64,000 nucleotides of DNA from Octopus bimaculoides (lineage: Eukaryota): contig NC_068981.1 in the NCBI RefSeq assembly GCF_001194135.2, positions 71,508,360-71,572,359 of the forward strand. Reading direction: 5' to 3'. A program made the translations under genes and the position numbers. A model generated the notes under the pieces. The model was not told the origin of the DNA. It did not search any database and saw nothing but the letters and a program-made list of their open reading frames with translations. Shown piece after piece: positions 23,315 through 36,213 of this stretch (position 1 is its first letter; every line of letters begins with the position of its first letter).

Positions 23315-23886
23315 CACTGTTTGGTAACTTCCTCATACTATACTTGGTGGAATATTCTATATTCTTGATGACCAGTGTTTTATATCTTTAAATGTTTTGA
23401 TTAGAATCACTCATCTGTGCTCAATATAATATGTGGTGTGTCAAGCACTTGTGCAACGTCTGCAACTTGATAATCCATCATCATTTTACATCCAGTTTTC
23501 AGTACATAAATGCATCATCATCATCATCTGTTGTCCATACTGTAGTGAAATACATTCATGGAAGTAAACATCCATATATTTACTTTCTTAGAAAACAAAA
23601 CCGGATTGTTGTAGTGTCTTCCCCTTCCCAGTTTAAGAAAATATTATCTAGAGGAAGCAACTGATTTTCTCAGCCATACTTCAGTTTCTGTTGTCAGAAC
23701 TACTTGTAAATTTTGGTTTATTTATCAAAAACGGTCTTTTGTATCATGTCTACAATGGCTCATACACTGCTATCAGATTTTGCTTTGAATTGACTGTTGG
23801 TGGGAGTAAACATTGTAACCATATAAAATTTGATCAAAACTTAGTCAGTGGGGAAGCTTCTAAACAGCTGCTCAATTTGTGAGACC

Positions 23887-24104
23887 TCAACCCTTTAGCA
23901 TTCAATTTATTCTGTCAAATGTAATGCTTATTTATTCACATTCTTTTGAATTAATCATCCATTATCTCATAGCTCTGATATTTCAAAGATGTGATTGTTT
24001 ACTTTTAGTATGACATTGTAGGGTAGGTGTAAGAGACAGCATTTGGCCAGTTTGAGCATTAAGCCAGTAGAATATTTTGACCAGATTAAATGCAAAAGGG
24101 TTAA
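23887..24104. mobile_element. TTAA-flanked MITE family A
   Basis: TCAACCCTTTAGCATT...TGCAAAAGGGTTAA terminal inverted repeats. Confidence 0.85.
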
Positions 24105-24164
24105 ATCACTCCTAACATTTTAAATAAAGGATAGCTGCATGCATGTCTATGGTAAGCACTGACA

Positions 24165-24330
24165 TGGTTGAGTGTTAAAGAAGCTTGCTTCCCAACCACA
24201 TGGTTCCAGTTTCAGCCCCACTGTACAGCACCTTGGGAAAGTGGATTTGGTAGATGGAAATTGAAAAAAGCCTATCATGTGTATGTGTCCTTTGTCTTGA
24301 CATTACACAATGATTGTAGCACCACCATCA
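24165..24330 (+). mobile_element. SINE family B, partial
   Basis: GCTTCCCAACCACATGGTTCCAG...GCACCTTGGG...GGATTTGGTAGATGGAAA. Confidence 0.7.
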
Positions 24331-25259
24331 TACGAGTGCAAGCTCATGTCTATAATTTTGCATAATTGAGTTCATTCCCAACCAGTCAATTGTTTGTGTC
24401 CTGCTGTATCAACATGCATTTCTAATTATGAACAGTCAAGGAAGCCAACCAGCTCTGGTAGCAACATGACCTCCACAATCTAACTACCCAGCTACACACT
24501 TGATTGCATGCATTGTTGCATACTGAATGTGGTTCATTCTATACACAATGCTACTTGAACTATTCTATACACTCACTATCAACAGAACAATATGCATTCT
24601 ATATGTGTGCTACCACTTGAAGCGCAGATCTTCTTGCACATGCTGCTGTCAACAGAACAGAACATTCTAAGTAGTAGTTGTAGTAATAGTAGTAGTATGG
24701 GGACGTGCTGTAACAGCACGTCGCTACTCTTAGCAGATAATATCTTTGCACTACTCAGACAACAACCCCACAACCCATGGGTCTGTATGGGTAGTTGTTG
24801 CTGGTGAGGGTTATACAAGGTTAGAGTGAAAATCCTACTTCAGCCTCTTTTAGTTGCTTTTTACAGCATGCAGAAGAAACATTGAATCTAGTCTTTGGCA
24901 TGCTGGTCCTTTCACAATACATCATTAACATAAATTCCTCACCATTCAAGTGGAAACTCATTTATAGCTGAGTCACAACAGCACACTTCTATACTCCTGT
25001 GTTTCGTTCGTTCATTTATTTTACATGTTTTTCTATGCTGGCATTGGTTGGACAGGTACTTATTTGAGGTAGTATCTTGTGACCGGATACTCTTCTTACC
25101 AGCAACCCTTATCTGTTTTATAATTAAAGGGTTTATCCCGTTATTTCAAAAGCACAGAGGTACAGGATGTAGTTTTCACTGAGAATGTGAACACAATAAC
25201 CACTGTTTTCTATTTTTATTTATTTTGCCTGAATTTTAATAACAATAAATAAAAGTTTC

Positions 25260-25470
25260 AAATTTTGACCAAAGGCGAGTAGTTTTAGAGGGAAGTGATT
25301 CATCGATTACATTAACCCCATTGCTCAAATGGTACTTATTTTATTGACCCCAAAAAGTATGAAAGGCGAAGATGACCTCAGCAGAATTTGAACTTGAAAC
25401 AAAGAGTTGAAAGAAATGCTTAAAACATTTTGCCCAATGTGCAAATGATTGTGCCACCTCACCACCTTAA
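25260..25470 (-). mobile_element. SINE family A
   Basis: Reverse complement of the family core (TGGTACTTATTTT...GAAAGGCGAAGATGACCTCAGCAGAATTTGAAC). Confidence 0.75.
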
Positions 25471-25805
25471 TAACAATGAATAATGAAGTATTAGAAGCAA
25501 GACAATTATTAGATTTGTCTATAGAAAAATTCTAAATGCTTTCTAAAGGTATAATTCATATTTTTGCTATTACTAAAAACTTTACGTTTGATCCTTCTTG
25601 TTTAATAAAGTACCAGTCATGTACTGGGTTGATGTAGTCAACAAGCCCTTTCACCATAGTTTCAGGCCATGTACTTGTGTGAGAAACAATTTTATACAAT
25701 TTTTCCTTCAGTTTTGTAAAAATAATGTAATATGAAAGCAAAAATAGCTCAGTGTGTACTATTTGGTTTATAAACAGATTGGTTTGCTTTCAAAATAAGG
25801 CATGG

Positions 25806-25853
<48 letters not shown>

Positions 25854-27177
25854 CAATGTTATGTATTAACTTGGACATTTAAAATGTGCAAGCTAATATA
25901 GATACCAGGACTTAAAACTGGTATTGTTGTGGGTGCTTGGTTTTTTTTTCTTTTCTCCTTGTTTATTAGCTTATAAGTATCCGCAATGTAAATTAGGTAA
26001 TTTGAGTCAACTGTAAATATCTTGGTTAATTTGATATGATCCTGTTGTTTTAACATTATTGCAATGATTCTCACTAATAAAAAAATAAATAAAACCATTA
26101 ACTAGAAATATTTCAAAATACATGTATTACAATGAAATCCATAGACCAGTGCTGGAAAAGCTGACCTATTGATACTTGGGGTTTTTGGGGGGTGGTTTTA
26201 TGCATGTTTTCTAATATTTGTTAAAAGTGAGAGAGAGAGAAAGTTCATTTTCTCTTTGTAGGTCAAACCTCAAGTTAATTGTTACACAATTCTATTACCC
26301 TAAGCACTTTTATATCATTTTATTATTCTTTGAAATGATAGCTGAATGATAACATTCTCCTTGACTGCTGTAGCAGCTCAGATATATTATGATGTATGGA
26401 GCAACTATAGATATAGTTGAGAGAGCAAAGTTTTCTGTCTTTTACTTCCCGCTTTATTCATGTCCACATCTATTCTAAAGAAATAATTATGAAAAAGTTA
26501 TGTGTATTTTCCATGTTATTATTTGTAATAATAATTATTATTAATAATTTAGTTATTAGTTTCAAGATAAACTAATAAGTTGTTAGTTGACATTTTGATG
26601 TAATTGGTTTTTCTAATCAGTTTAGATACTATAGAATAGTCTCTATAATGGAATATTTTCTAGATTTTATAAGTGGTCCTAGTTAATGTTCATCATAAAC
26701 AAATTGTTAGATTGCATTTTTGGTTTTTTGTTGTTGATTTTTTTTTTCTTTCTTTTTAACACCATTTGCTTTCTTTGTAGAATGATCGTTGCCAAAGTGT
26801 AAAACTTTGGGGAAAGGCTAACATTCATAAGCTGTTCACAGAGAACTTTGAAGCAGTAACAAACATTAAAACTAGGTTAAACTTTGTTTCGAACTGTGTG
26901 TGTTTAGATTTATTAACTTAGAATTTTATTTCAGCTAAATTAGGCTTGAGATCCTCTTGGTTTTTGGAACCAATTTTTTTTGTTTTAAAAGTTTGACTGA
27001 TAATATTGTTGCTCATGATATTATGGTATAGTATGAATGAAAAGATGTACATATGTACAATGAATAATCTAGAAGCACTAAATCTCATCTGGATCAACCC
27101 TGCATTTTAGTTCCTTGTGTAAAATATTTTTTCCAGATTTCTTGAATCTTCAGGTTTGGTACTCTTAAACTCACACA

Positions 27178-27930
27178 ACTAGGCATGGCTGTGTGGTAAG
27201 AAGATTGCTTGTCAACCACATGGTTCAAGGTTCAGTCCCACTGCATGGCATCTTGGGCTAGTGTCTTCTACTATAGCCAACCAAAGCTGTGTGAGTGAAC
27301 TTGGTAGGTGGAAACTGAAAGGAACTTGTGTGTGTCTGTGTTTGTTCCCCACCACTGCTTGACAACTGGTTTTAGTGTTTTATGTCCCCACAACTTAGTG
27401 GTTCAGCAAAAAGAGACCAATAGAAAAAGTACCGGGCTTAAAATGAAAAAAAAAAATTATTAAGTACCAAGGTCAATTCATTCAACTAAAAGTTCTTCAA
27501 GGTGGTGCTTCAGTCTTGTTGGCACTCCGTCGCTTATGACGTCGAGGGTTCCAGTTGATCCGATCAACAGAACAGCCTGCTCGTGAAATTAACGTGCAAG
27601 TGGCTGAGCACTCCACAGACACGTGTACCCTTAACGTACTTCTCGGGGATATTCAGCGTGACAGTGTGACAAGGCTGACCCTTTGAATTACAGGCACAAC
27701 AGAAACAGGAAGTAAGAATGAGAGAAAGTTGTGGTGAAAGAGTGCAGCAGGGTTCGCCACCATCCCCTGCCGGAGCCTCATGGAGCTTTAGGTGTTTTCA
27801 CTCAATAAACACTCGCAACGTCCGGTCTGGGAATCAAAACCGCGATCCTATGACCGCAAGTCCGCTGCCCTAACCACTGGGCCATTCCGCCTCCACAGCC
27901 TCGGTCTAATGACAAACAAGTAAAGAATAA
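27178..27930 (+). mobile_element. SINE family B interrupted by a family E SINE
   Basis: Head GGCATGGCTGTGTGGTAAGAAG...GGTTCAGTCCC. The tail breaks after GGTGGTGCTTCAG (~27513) and resumes at ~27897 (GGTCTAATGACAAACAAGTAAAG). Confidence 0.75.
27516..27896 (-). mobile_element. Full-length, CpG-rich (young) tRNA-derived SINE family E
   Basis: Minus strand starts GTGGAGGCGGAATGGCCCAGTGGTTAGGGCAGCGG (A box) with GGTTTTGATTCCC (B-box-like), then about 300 nt of non-tRNA body ending GACGGAGTGCCAACAA. Confidence 0.85.
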
Positions 27931-28034
27931 AAGATATATTGAACTGCTGCAGTTGTTTACTACATCAGCTTCCCCACATTTTCTCCAATCACTCTTGGTT
28001 TGCACACTTGGACCGAATCCAGTGAGTCACAGAG

Positions 28035-28250
28035 TCATGTCAAGCTCCAGCCACTAGTGCTGGTGGCACAAAAAAAGCACCCAGTACATTCTATTAAGTA
28101 GTACTTGACATGAGGAAGGGCATCCAGCCACATAAACTATACCAAAGTTTACATTGGAGCCCAAAATGACCATTTGTGGCTCACCAGATCCTGTCAAAGT
28201 CTCCAATCTATGCTGGCAAGGAAAATGGACATTGAAAGATGATAATGATA
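28035..28250 (+). mobile_element. SINE family C
   Basis: AAAAAGCACCCAGTAC...GAGGAAGGGCATCCAGCC...GGAAAATGGACATTGAAAGATGA. Confidence 0.7.
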
Positions 28251-30419
28251 CTCTCATTTTTTTTTTTTATATCTTTATATAAAATTTCTTCTGTTTTGTG
28301 TATGGAGAGATAAGTTTCATTTTATTCCTCTGTATTTACAAGGCTGCTACTGCCATTGTGAGTTTCCTCCACCTGCCACTTTTGAAGAAGCCATGTTCAG
28401 AAAGTTAAATAAGCAAGAGGAAAAGCTTTTTTCCATTCCAGGCAGGGCAGAAAATGCAAAATTTAATTCCTATCCAAACCAGTAAGCAAATAAATAAATA
28501 AAAACAAAACGTATAATAAATTGATGAGTTAAAATAGAAAAACAAAACATCCACTTGGATTACAAACATTAAATTGCAAGTTGTAAAAAGTACCCTTACC
28601 TTCTGTTGGTAATCCATATATTGATAATAATTTCTTACACTTGGTACAAGGCCAGAAGATTTGGGAAGGGGATCAGCCAATTAAAGCATCACTGATATTT
28701 GATTTATCAACTCCAGTTGATAAAAGTCTGTCAGCCTTGGTAGTATTTGAAATAGGATGTAAAAGAAACTCATAAAATACTGCAATGTATTATGCTTGGT
28801 GCCCTACCATTTCTGTTATCCACTACCCTAGTGACAATAATAGTAACAATAATACATTAGCACAAGGTCACAACTTTGTAGGGGAGATGTAAAATTAGTT
28901 GAACTGATCCCCATTATGTGCAAAAGCCAAGTTGACAATGGTAGCATTATGAAAGCAGCCTGTCAAGGAATGAAACTAAATACTTTAAGGTATTTAGTGT
29001 TACACTCAATAATAATAATGGTGATGACAATCTCTGGAAAAAAATCTTGTGTTAAAATAAATTTTAATTTGTTATTTAAGGTAGGAGAAAAATATTTACA
29101 TAATTTGCTACTGTTGAATCGGTGATTTTGTTTTCTTTGGTTTTTTTTTTTTTTTTTTTTTTAGATAATTTTCAGTAAAATGCGCTTTTTATGCTACTTA
29201 TTCTTTATTTAGAACGCTTTCTAACAGTATCTGCCATTAGATGTAAATAAATTTCATACTGTTTTAATTTCTCTGTAATTTTATTTAAAAAGGACACAGT
29301 TTGTTGTCTATATATTATTGGCACACTGTAAATAGTTAACAGATGTTAGTTTTAAAAGAATGGCATACAACTTCCTCATTTTCTTTCTAAATCTGTGTCT
29401 TTTGTCAAACTGTAATGGCTTTTAGAGTGAAGTAAGCCTCTTAAAATTTAGTAATCCACCCAAAAAGCAATTACTAAAATAGTCATACTTTAAGTATTCA
29501 TCTCGCACACACAACCTCATGGCAAAATATAATTAAAGCAATTTAGTTGGACACAGATGCTATACTAAATAATATTGTAGGTTACTCATTACAATTAAGC
29601 TAAGAATCTACCCACTAAAAGATTAGCATTCAAATATGTATAGATATAGGTGAATAGCTTAGTGTTTTTTTTTGTTTTTTTTTTGCAGGTCAGAAGGGCA
29701 GTCTAGTGATCATTGTTAATTTCTTTGCATTCTCTTTTCAAAACAGATCTACATCAGCCAGTTATTTAGTTGTTAGCCTTAGGGTGGTGGATTAACAGAA
29801 TCATTAATGTCAGACACAGTGCCTTATGGTATTTAGTAATAGCCTTTTATATTCTGAGTTCAAATAATGCTGAGGTCAACTTCGTCTTTATCTTTCCAGG
29901 GTCAATAAAATAAAATACCAATCAAGAAGGACTGAGGTCAATATAATTAATTAAACCATCCCCAAAAGTCTGTTGCATTATGTCCTTTGGTAGAAATCAA
30001 TATTATTGTTCACCTAGCTTTTTTTTTTAAGCTGTTTTTCATATGTCGTCCGTGCAATATCTTGTTTATTTCTTTATATTAGTCTACCCATCATAATTTA
30101 GCTCTGTCATTATTTTCAAAGGGATTTTATTAATAAACGTTTCTTTAGGCACAAGATCAGCAGTTTTGAGAGGAAGGGTTAGTTGATACCATTACCCCCC
30201 CCCCCCCNNNNNNNNNNCACAAGATCAGCAGTTTTGAGAGGAAGGGTTAGTTGATACCATTACCCCCCCCCCCCTTCATAATCAGTGCTGTATTTTATCC
30301 ACCTGAGAGGAATGAAAGCAACACTGATGTCAATGAGATTTGAAATCAGAATATAGAGAGTTGGAAGAAATAAATAATACAAGGCATCTTATCTCATACT
30401 GTAGTGATTCTGCCCTTTT

Positions 30420-30545
30420 AATGAAACATGGACGCTAACAAAGAAATTATTAAATGGGCTAGATGGCTGCTACATAAGAATGCTACAAATGGCCTAAAAT
30501 GTGAAATGGCAGCAACATATGATAAGTGAATGCTTTATGGGGAGA
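30420..30545 (+). mobile_element. Short RTE-like LINE fragment
   Basis: ETWTLTKKLLNGLDGCYIRMLQMA*NVKWQQH matches the RTE-type ETWTLT...LDGCYTRMLR motif. Confidence 0.65.
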
Positions 30546-31558
30546 CAGCATACTCATGCATTCCATTTTTGTCTTGATTGCTGTTAGACATTGTCTGAGA
30601 CCCTTTGTTATCTCTGCTCATTCATTCACCAACACCAGAGAGGTTGTCTTGTCTCCAACAAGATTTAAGTAGAGAGAGGGGGCAGGCAGAAGAAGGCAAA
30701 GATGGTAATTGAAGAAAAAGAAGGAATCCTAAAAAAACACCAAGGTGAAAGGGACAGGAGGGGAGACAACAGAGGGGACTAAGAGTGCTGATATTATGTG
30801 TTAATCAGAAAAGAAAAAGAAAAAAGGAAAATCCCCTTATCTTGAAGCCTCTTAAACATGTTCATTGAGAAGCACCAATGAATCCTTTAAATAGAACAAA
30901 ATATCAATAGTAAGTATGAACAAAAGTGAAATTCTGTTTACTGTCAATGCTGTAAACGTTTATTTTGTGCAGTAAGATACAAAGTTGAATATCAGTCTTA
31001 ATAACATAGCTTACTTCACTCATTACTGGTCGTTCAGCTTTCAGTCATATATTTCCTAAGTCAACCAAATATATCCAAATCAATTTATGTAACCTGACTA
31101 CATGAAACAACTTTGTTACACATATGTAATGGCCCTTCCCTATTTTCTAATCTTCTTTACTAATTAGTTGTAAGCTAATAGATAGAATTCCAGTGTAATT
31201 CTTCACTACATATTATACAAAGTATAGCCCCATGGATTCGTGATTATTCATGAATACACTCCTCCTTAACATTTTGATTTTGAGGAAAGCATTTTTGCTA
31301 GTAAATCTCCAATCTTCTAATAATTGCTGTTGTAGCTTTTAACATTTTGCATCACCCAACATCAACAATAATGATATTTAAAAAGCTAAACAAAATGTAG
31401 AGACTGAAATTGTTGCAAATAGAGTATCATTTTCAATAAATTTTATTGAATTGAATATCAAATAAATGATTGTATGTATTTATTATTATATAGTATATAT
31501 ATATTATATAGTATATAGTATATATAATTATATAGTGTGTATTATTGTATAGTATTAT

Positions 31559-31770
31559 AAGGTGGTGAGCTGGCAGAATAATTAGCCAGCCAAGCAACAT
31601 TCTCAGTGGCATTTCATCCATCCTTATGTTCCGAGTTCAAATTCAACTGAAGTCAACTTGGCCTTTCATCCCTTCAGGGTCAATTAAACATCAGTTGATC
31701 ACTGGTGTTGATGTACTTTACTTATCCCCCTCCCCAAAATTGCTGCACTTGTACCAAAATTTGAAACATT
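31559..31770 (+). mobile_element. SINE family A, near full length
   Basis: AAGGTGGTGAGCTGGCAGAAT (A box), GAGTTCAAATTC (B box), GCCTTTCATCC and tail CCAAAATTTGAAAC. Confidence 0.8.
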
Positions 31771-32108
31771 ATTAAATATTATTGAATGCAGATTAGCTGG
31801 TATTGCAGAAATTAGAACTCTTTTTATATGACACAAAAATATTCAATGGCTTGTGATTAAACAGCTTATTTCTACATGAGTAGGGATATATTTGGTATAT
31901 ATTCTGCATATTAAACTACAAGATTTTATCTTTCTACTGTATAACTATATAATGTTTGGCAGCCTTACCTGTATGGTATTGCATCTTAATGGATTCACAC
32001 AAATTAGATCCATTGCATTAGTTTTAATGGCTGGTCACATATGATTACATATTTAATTAACAACACATCTATTTGAGCTCACAGTTACTATTCTAATTCT
32101 CAACAAGT

Positions 32109-32335
32109 TTAACCATTTTGATTCCAACCTACCAAAGTCCACATCTGGCTCTATGATTCAAACGTCCTGTTTAAAGTGATCTGAATTAAAACCTATCAAA
32201 ATTTCATGTTAATTTATGTTCCAAACACCAGCTTGATTATGACTGAGTTAGTTTAGTAAATTCTTCATTATTTTCGAAATTAATTCTAACAAAGACGGTG
32301 TATTTCAACAGAAATATGGTAATAAAAAAGCTAAA
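32109..32335. mobile_element. TTAA-flanked MITE family B
   Basis: TTAACCATTTTGATTCCAACC...CAACAGAAATATGGTAA, in reverse orientation relative to the copy at 36214. Confidence 0.8.
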
Positions 32336-34100
32336 ATGCCATATAAAAAAGTCAGTGCTACACTCATTATTTACATGTGGTTTGTACATGCTTTGGTAGA
32401 TTAACACTCTAGATTTTGGACAGCTGTTAAATCTCATTAATATGGTTTGATTATTCTTTTACTTGTTCCATCCAGCCTGTCAGCTTTGGTGAAAATATAA
32501 GCATTTTATTTAGTTACAGATAAATTTACAGCATGATCAGTAAGGGTGATTGGACAGCTTACTCTCTTATCAGGTTGCATTGTGAAATAATAATCTTGTT
32601 GAGTTTGCATAGGCAAAATAATATCAAAATAAAACATAAGCAGTTATGGGGAGGATGGGGGTACACAGAAGTACAAAGTGAATATAATACAAAGAAAGGA
32701 ATGTGAATCAGTGTTTCAGACAGTGGTCCCTTCTGAAGACAGGAGAGAAAGGAAAAAAATGGGTGAAAACATGGTGGTGGGTCAGAGCTATGATGTGCTT
32801 GAATGGCAGATAAGAAGTGGTGGATTATGGGTAAAGGAGAATGAGCATGTGGGGGAAGTTGAGACAGGATGTGAAGTATGTATGAGAAGCTTGGAAGAAT
32901 GTGTGAGCAAACAGGGAGTTAAATGTGTGAGGACCTTGCTAACACATTTTAGCTCCTTATTCAATCACACACAAACCTACTTCACTTCAGTTCACTAATA
33001 GTTCTCCTTGTGCTTGTCATACTTATTTTCTTTACTATACACTATCTCTCCTTTCCTCAAAAGACACAACTTCCTATCTTGCATTCAAGCATGTCGAAAC
33101 TCTAACCCAATATTACCCTCCTTCCCTTCCAGTTTTTTTATATATTTCCTTTCTCCCTGTTGACTCTGTACATTTGTTCATTTTTTTTCTTTTTTATTTT
33201 TGTCATTTGCCCTGTTTTTTTTGTTTTTTTTTGTCTTACCTGGATATCATCTTCCACAATACTTTGTTTTCTGATGCAACAAAAAGTATTCAAGTTTGCA
33301 ACTTTGGTCATAATTTTAATGAATATTTACACGAAGGCTTAAAGTTTATTTCACTGACCTAAATGACTCACCAGGTCATTTGGTCTTCAAAGTTTCTCTC
33401 ATTTGTCTTTTTTCCTGTTAGTCATAATTCCCTTTCTGAAAGATTCTAACACATTCAAAGTGTGTATTATGTGCATAGATGTGTGAGCATATTGGAAATA
33501 TATAGTATTTAACTAAAGGTGGTTTCATTGTAATTCCATGTAGGTGTTGGTACCTTGTCATAGTATTTTCGCATTCACTGTTCAAATTGTTTTCAGGTGA
33601 GATAGATATACATATGAGGTAAACAGTTTTTACTGTATAAACTAGACAATCCACTTGTCACTTACTTGAGTAAATCCAACAAATTCAGAAGTAGCAATGT
33701 TGGTCTGTTCTCTTTGCCAATATTTACTTTTTATTTACTCCCCCCCCCCCCCTTGTAGTTTGCCATCACTTTTCTATTTTCTTAAAGAGCAACTAAGGTA
33801 TTAAGGTTTGGACCAGTTTGATACACTGATGTCGCCTAATTAAATATGTACATGTAAAGTCTCTTTAATCTTCTCTCTGACAAGTTTTGTTTATTTGTTT
33901 ACACGCGCACGCACACGCACNNNNNNNNNNNNNNNNNNNNNNNNNNNNNNNNNNNNNNNNNNNNNNNNNNNNNNNNNNNNNNNNNNNNNNNNNNNNNNNN
34001 NNNNNNNNNNNNNNNNNNNNNNNNNNNNNNNNNNNNNNNNNNNNNNNNNNNNNNNNNNNNNNNNNNNNNNNNNNNNNNNNNNNNNNNNNNNNNNNNNNNN

Positions 34101-34142
<42 letters not shown>

Positions 34143-34298
34143 GATTTGAGCTTTTACAATGTAGACATATGTGATTATAGGTAAAACTGAATTTCATAAA
34201 TTGGTTTTCCTATCAGTTGAAAATCTATGATAAAAATAGTATATTATCCCATACCTTCAATACTTGAGCACCCTGCCAAGATTTAGTGACCACACACA

Positions 34299-34335
<37 letters not shown>

Positions 34336-34939
34336 ATATATCATCATCATCATTATATATTTGTGTAAGTTCTTTGAAGTGATGGTTTATTCTTTCACTA
34401 TACAATGTTTTCAAATTGGAATGTCTTCTCCACCCCCTCACATGCGGTCCTTCTGTGGCTTGAGGCAGTGTTGTTAAAAATCTCTGAATGATATAATGTT
34501 TGATGTGAACTAGCTAGCATATCTAACCTAAATGAAGTGTGAGTAACAGTATAGGTATTTTGGCACTGTGTCACTGACTAGATGTTGAGAATGAATGTGA
34601 ATGTTCTTTTATAAGTGTTGTTTAAAAGAGTAGAAACTGAATAAGGACAGCCGATCTCAAGTTGGTATGGTTTGAACTGTAGATAGGGCAGTTAAAAAAT
34701 GTTGCTTAAAATGGGAAGTAGTAAATGATTTTAAAGCTGATACAATTTTTTATTTTGTTTTCTAATTGAAGGTACTTTCTGAATGCTTCTAATACATGCT
34801 CATATTAAATATTCAAGTTATGTCTATTAAAAGCTTATAAAAATGTTTAGTATTATTGATGTGTAGCTTGAACTGTTTTCGATGAAGTATTAATTAGTAC
34901 TGTTACAATGGTGTATATATATGTGTGTGTGTGTGTGTG

Positions 34940-35245
34940 TATGCTTCCCAACTACATGGTTCTGGGTTCAGTCTCGCTGCATGGCACCTTGGGTAGGTGT
35001 CTTCTACTATAGTCTTGGGGTCAACCAAAGCCTGTCATGCATGTTTCTGTCTGTGTTTGTCCCCTACCACCAACATTTGACAACTGGTGTTGGTGTGTCT
35101 GTAGCCCTGTAACTTAGTAGTTCAGCAAAAGGGACTGATAGAATAAGTACCAGGCTTAAAAAAGAAGTACTGGGGTTGATTCATTCAACTAACAATTCAA
35201 GGTGGTGCCCCAGCATGGCCACAGTCTGACTGAAACAAGTAAAAG
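34940..35245 (+). mobile_element. SINE family B
   Basis: GCTTCCCAACTACATGGTTCTGGGTTCAGTC...GGCACCTTGGGTAGGTGTCTTCTACTATAG...CCCAGCATGGCCACAGTC. Confidence 0.85.
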
Positions 35246-36213
35246 ATATATAAAGATTTATATATATAAATATATATATATAAATCCTTATTGATTTCTT
35301 TCCATGTGAAACCTGATTTAAAAAAAGAAATTAAAAGTCATGTTTAACATTGACCTTTTGTTATGATTTCATGGATAGACTGTATTATAATTACTCTCCT
35401 TTTGAAGTTATATCTTACTAATCATCACTTAATATTTACTAAGTACCATCTATCAATTCTCTCACTCTGTTGAAACACTCACATAACCTAAATGTGTTGG
35501 AATTTCTTTTCTATCTGAATGATTATTAACTCCATCAAACAAATTTGCTAACCTGGTTTATAGAGCTACTTTTCTGAAACGCCTAATTCCCAGCCATCAT
35601 AGCTTTCCAGCAGGTGTAACAGTTTTGGTAATTACAGCTTTAATGCCAAAATGTCAGCATACCTGTTAAGCACTTGTTGTCATCTTTTTCTTTCTGCTTT
35701 TTTTTTTTTTTTTACACTTATTTTATTTATATTTTTTCATTCTTTTCTTAACATGCCTGCCATATGTCTCTCAGCTATTTCAAAAATGCTTTCAGAAAAT
35801 AGGTATTTGAACTCAATTACCTTCTTATGGATAATTTTCAACTAATATTTNNNNNNNNNNNNNNNNNNNNNNNNNNNNNNNNNNNNNNNNNNNNNNNNNN
35901 NNNNNNNNNNNNNNNNNNNNNNNNNNNNNNNNNNNNNNNNNNNNNNNNNNNNNNNNNNNNNNNNNNNNNNNNNNNNNNNNNNNNNNNNNNNNNNNNNNNN
36001 NNNNNNNNNNNNNNNNNNNNNNNNNNNNNNNNNNNNNNNNNNNNNNNNNNNNNTTTGTTTTGTTTTGTTTTTTTGTCTCTTCAGGACCAATAAAATAAAG
36101 TAGCAGTCAAGAGTTTTGTATCAATATAATAGCCTTTACTTTTTTCTCAAAAATTGATGCCCACTATGTTAGAAATCGGATTGCTTGCCTATCTGATGTT
36201 TTCAGAGAGCATT

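Noticed and set aside
26781-26873. Strong polypyrimidine/AG acceptor followed by an open frame NDRCQSVKLWGKANIHKLF
   Set aside because: No convincing donor, it is open only in phase 0, and no protein family is recognised.
27820-27896. tRNA gene on the minus strand
   Set aside because: It has A/B-box-like motifs but no complete cloverleaf, and continues into a 300-nt body shared with 22950-23108. It is a SINE head.
28343-28485. Possible terminal exon (G)CYCHCEFPPPATFEEAMFRKL...NQ* followed by AATAAA, or a 15-nt microexon ending at GTGAGT
   Set aside because: The long frame needs phase 1, incompatible with the phase-2 donor at 13323, and I recognise no homology. A microexon would insert residues into the kinase glycine loop.
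30150-30274. Exact ~58-bp tandem duplication
   Set aside because: The copies sit on either side of a 10-N gap at a poly-C run, typical of unmerged overlapping contig ends.
32705-32745. Second hammerhead-like motif on the minus strand (CTTCAGAAGGGACC...GAAACAC)
   Set aside because: The core does not match CUGANGA and stems II and III cannot be formed convincingly. At most a dead relic.
33865-34197. ORFs spanning N-gaps and CA/TA/CT microsatellites (also 13712-13993, 35827-36093, 57118-57541, 10194-11019)
   Set aside because: These are artefacts of simple repeats and undefined bases.
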